A stretch of 27,884 nt of DNA, from positions 1-27,884 of the IMG/VR virus record IMGVR_UViG_3300042451_001385; one strand, written 5' to 3'. Position 1 is the stretch's first letter. Each line of letters opens with the position of its first letter. Source of the stretch: a virus. Taxonomy: Duplodnaviria; Caudoviricetes. The translations under genes and the position numbers were made by a program. The notes beneath the pieces are model-generated. The model worked only from the letters and a program-made list of their open reading frames with translations, was not told the origin of the DNA and did not search any database. This document shows, in pieces, positions 26,158-27,884 of the stretch.

Positions 26158-27884
26158 ATGGCAATAATAAAAAAATATCCCGAAACGCTATACCCAAATT
26201 TAACCACATATAATACGTTTGTGGTTGATAGTAATCCAAACTCTACATATTTTAGAATAACAGAGTTTAAAGAATCGTTTACGGGTGGTAAGAATGGATT
26301 TTTAATAGAAGGCTCTGAACATTTAAAAGAAACAACTGAAATAAAAATTGAAATTTTAGATGTAGAGGGTAATCCTATATATTGGGAACCTGGTAATGGT
26401 ATTCCTGAATATTATGAAGGATTATCTAAAGTAGTTGCTGTTTACATATATGAAGATACTCCGATTGGAGAAGCCAAAATTACAGTATTAGGGGAATTAA
26501 AAACTTATATAGATTCCGATGGAGTTGTAAGAGATGTACCCGATGAATGGAAAAGTGTTTACAACTTAAAGTGGGAAAGAGCATTTAAAGTAAATAGACT
26601 TTTATTGAACGAAGATAAAGTTCGTTTTTATAAAAGACCAGATGTTAGAATAGATGAATTAGTAAAACCATTATTTTCAGCAGCAACTCCTGTTGTAATT
26701 CAAACTGGTAGTGTTGATGGAACGGCGGTTGCACCACAATCTCAACAAAAACTAACAAATTATACTCTACCAACTTTTTATAGATTAACAATAAATGATA
26801 ATACAAATTGGACTGGTTCGATTGTTGGTACTAGATTATCATTTCCTGAATTAAATTGGAATCCTTTAGTAGAACAGGTAATTACAAATAAAGAATTGTT
26901 TGTATCTGACCCATATACAATAAATGGATATGTTGAAAATTTGGATAACGTTGGATACACAGCATCTTTTGCAGATACATCAAACACATCTAATTTAAAA
27001 ACAGCATTAACTGGTTCTTTTGCAAAAATTACTTTAAGCAATTTAGAAACTTTTGTTGGGGATGTTGTTTCTGTGGACATTTATAGAAAATCTTTATCTA
27101 AAATAGGAGATTATGAATTTGTTCAAAAAGTAATATTAGAATCAAATGAAATATTAAAAGATTATGATACTAAGGAAAAGAACGAAGAAGTATATGGTAT
27201 ATTATCAGCTGATATATTAAAAAATTATTGGGTAACATCATCAAATGCATTAACATCACAATTTAATCAAAATTATTTATATAACTCATCTAAGTTAGAT
27301 ACATCTGGTACTAAAAACTATTTTCATACAACACAATCATTTAGTTTAGTAGAGGGTGGTGAGTATTCGTTAAACTTTAACACTAGAAAATTAAATACTG
27401 GTGGCGAACTTAGAGTATTTATAAGTGGTTCTAAAGAAACTACATTTAATGGAAATTTAACAACTGCACAAGTTGAGCAAAATATTATTACTGTAGATGG
27501 TACATCAAATTCATATTTACAAAAAACATTAATTACCAAAAATTTTAAAGCTGATAATATATCTAATGCAAAATTATATTTTGAAGTAATTGGTAATGAT
27601 TGGTATGTGGCGGATATTAGTTTAAAATCATCACAAGAAAGTTCATTCTCACCAAACGAAGTAACATTCGTACAATCAGTACCAAGAAGTTTAATAGCTG
27701 AAACTTTTCAATATCTTTTCAAATTTTATGATGTAAATGGTAATTTAATACCAATATCAATTGATGAGAATCAGTTATCAAAAACATTTGATGGTGGTAA
27801 TATTCAAAGAATTGAAAAGAAGTTAGATTTAAATCCATCATCATTATATTTTCAATTTGATTCCGGTTCACAACCAGTACCACC
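26158..27884 (+). CDS. 5' part of a large virion structural protein (tail fibre/spike-like), runs off the window
   Basis: ATG at 26158 and no stop to the window end (575 codons): MAIIKKYPETLYPNL...SFTGGKNGFLIEGS...EIKIEILDVEGNPIY...; beta- and S/T-rich. Not in the ORF track. Confidence 0.85.
   Translation, partial: MAIIKKYPETLYPNLTTYNTFVVDSNPNSTYFRITEFKESFTGGKNGFLIEGSEHLKETTEIKIEILDVEGNPIYWEPGNGIPEYYEGLSKVVAVYIYEDTPIGEAKITVLGELKTYIDSDGVVRDVPDEWKSVYNLKWERAFKVNRLLLNEDKVRFYKRPDVRIDELVKPLFSAATPVVIQTGSVDGTAVAPQSQQKLTNYTLPTFYRLTINDNTNWTGSIVGTRLSFPELNWNPLVEQVITNKELFVSDPYTINGYVENLDNVGYTASFADTSNTSNLKTALTGSFAKITLSNLETFVGDVVSVDIYRKSLSKIGDYEFVQKVILESNEILKDYDTKEKNEEVYGILSADILKNYWVTSSNALTSQFNQNYLYNSSKLDTSGTKNYFHTTQSFSLVEGGEYSLNFNTRKLNTGGELRVFISGSKETTFNGNLTTAQVEQNIITVDGTSNSYLQKTLITKNFKADNISNAKLYFEVIGNDWYVADISLKSSQESSFSPNEVTFVQSVPRSLIAETFQYLFKFYDVNGNLIPISIDENQLSKTFDGGNIQRIEKKLDLNPSSLYFQFDSGSQPVP

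Noticed and set aside
1-27884. Stop-codon reassignment (no called gene ends in TAG)
   Set aside because: ORFs are long and intact under the standard code with no in-frame TAG/TGA interruptions; TAA preference is expected in AT-rich DNA.
1-27884. tRNA, rRNA, CRISPR array, intron/intein or DGR elements
   Set aside because: No intergenic gap exceeds about 90 nt, and I saw no cloverleaf, repeat-spacer array, splicing motif or reverse transcriptase.

Overview
AT-rich, gene-dense segment of a large contractile-tailed (myovirus-type) phage genome, almost all on the + strand. Bases 627-18232 form a baseplate/tail module: a gp5/VgrG-like spike, gp25, a gp6 wedge, a 1746-aa gp7-like wedge protein, and tail-collar-like paralogs. 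A short DNA-metabolism block follows: a small GIY-YIG nuclease, a DnaG-type primase and a single-chain Mre11(SbcD)-Rad50(SbcC) fusion. Next come a small antisense ribbon-helix-helix (RHH) gene missing from the ORF track, an 854-aa fusion of an O-fucosyltransferase-like glycosyltransferase to a NodU/CmcH carbamoyltransferase, and the start of another large virion gene. A TAnnTTTG promoter and SD-less A-rich starts point to a Bacteroidota host, and an ATATTTAT motif sits in the other long intergenic gaps (putative late promoter). The main hypothesis is a phage-encoded virion glycosylation/carbamoylation system, based on the fused enzyme behind a late-type motif and strong enrichment of an (S/T)-G-S motif in a subset of structural proteins. 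All family assignments come from motif recognition by eye, not database searches.
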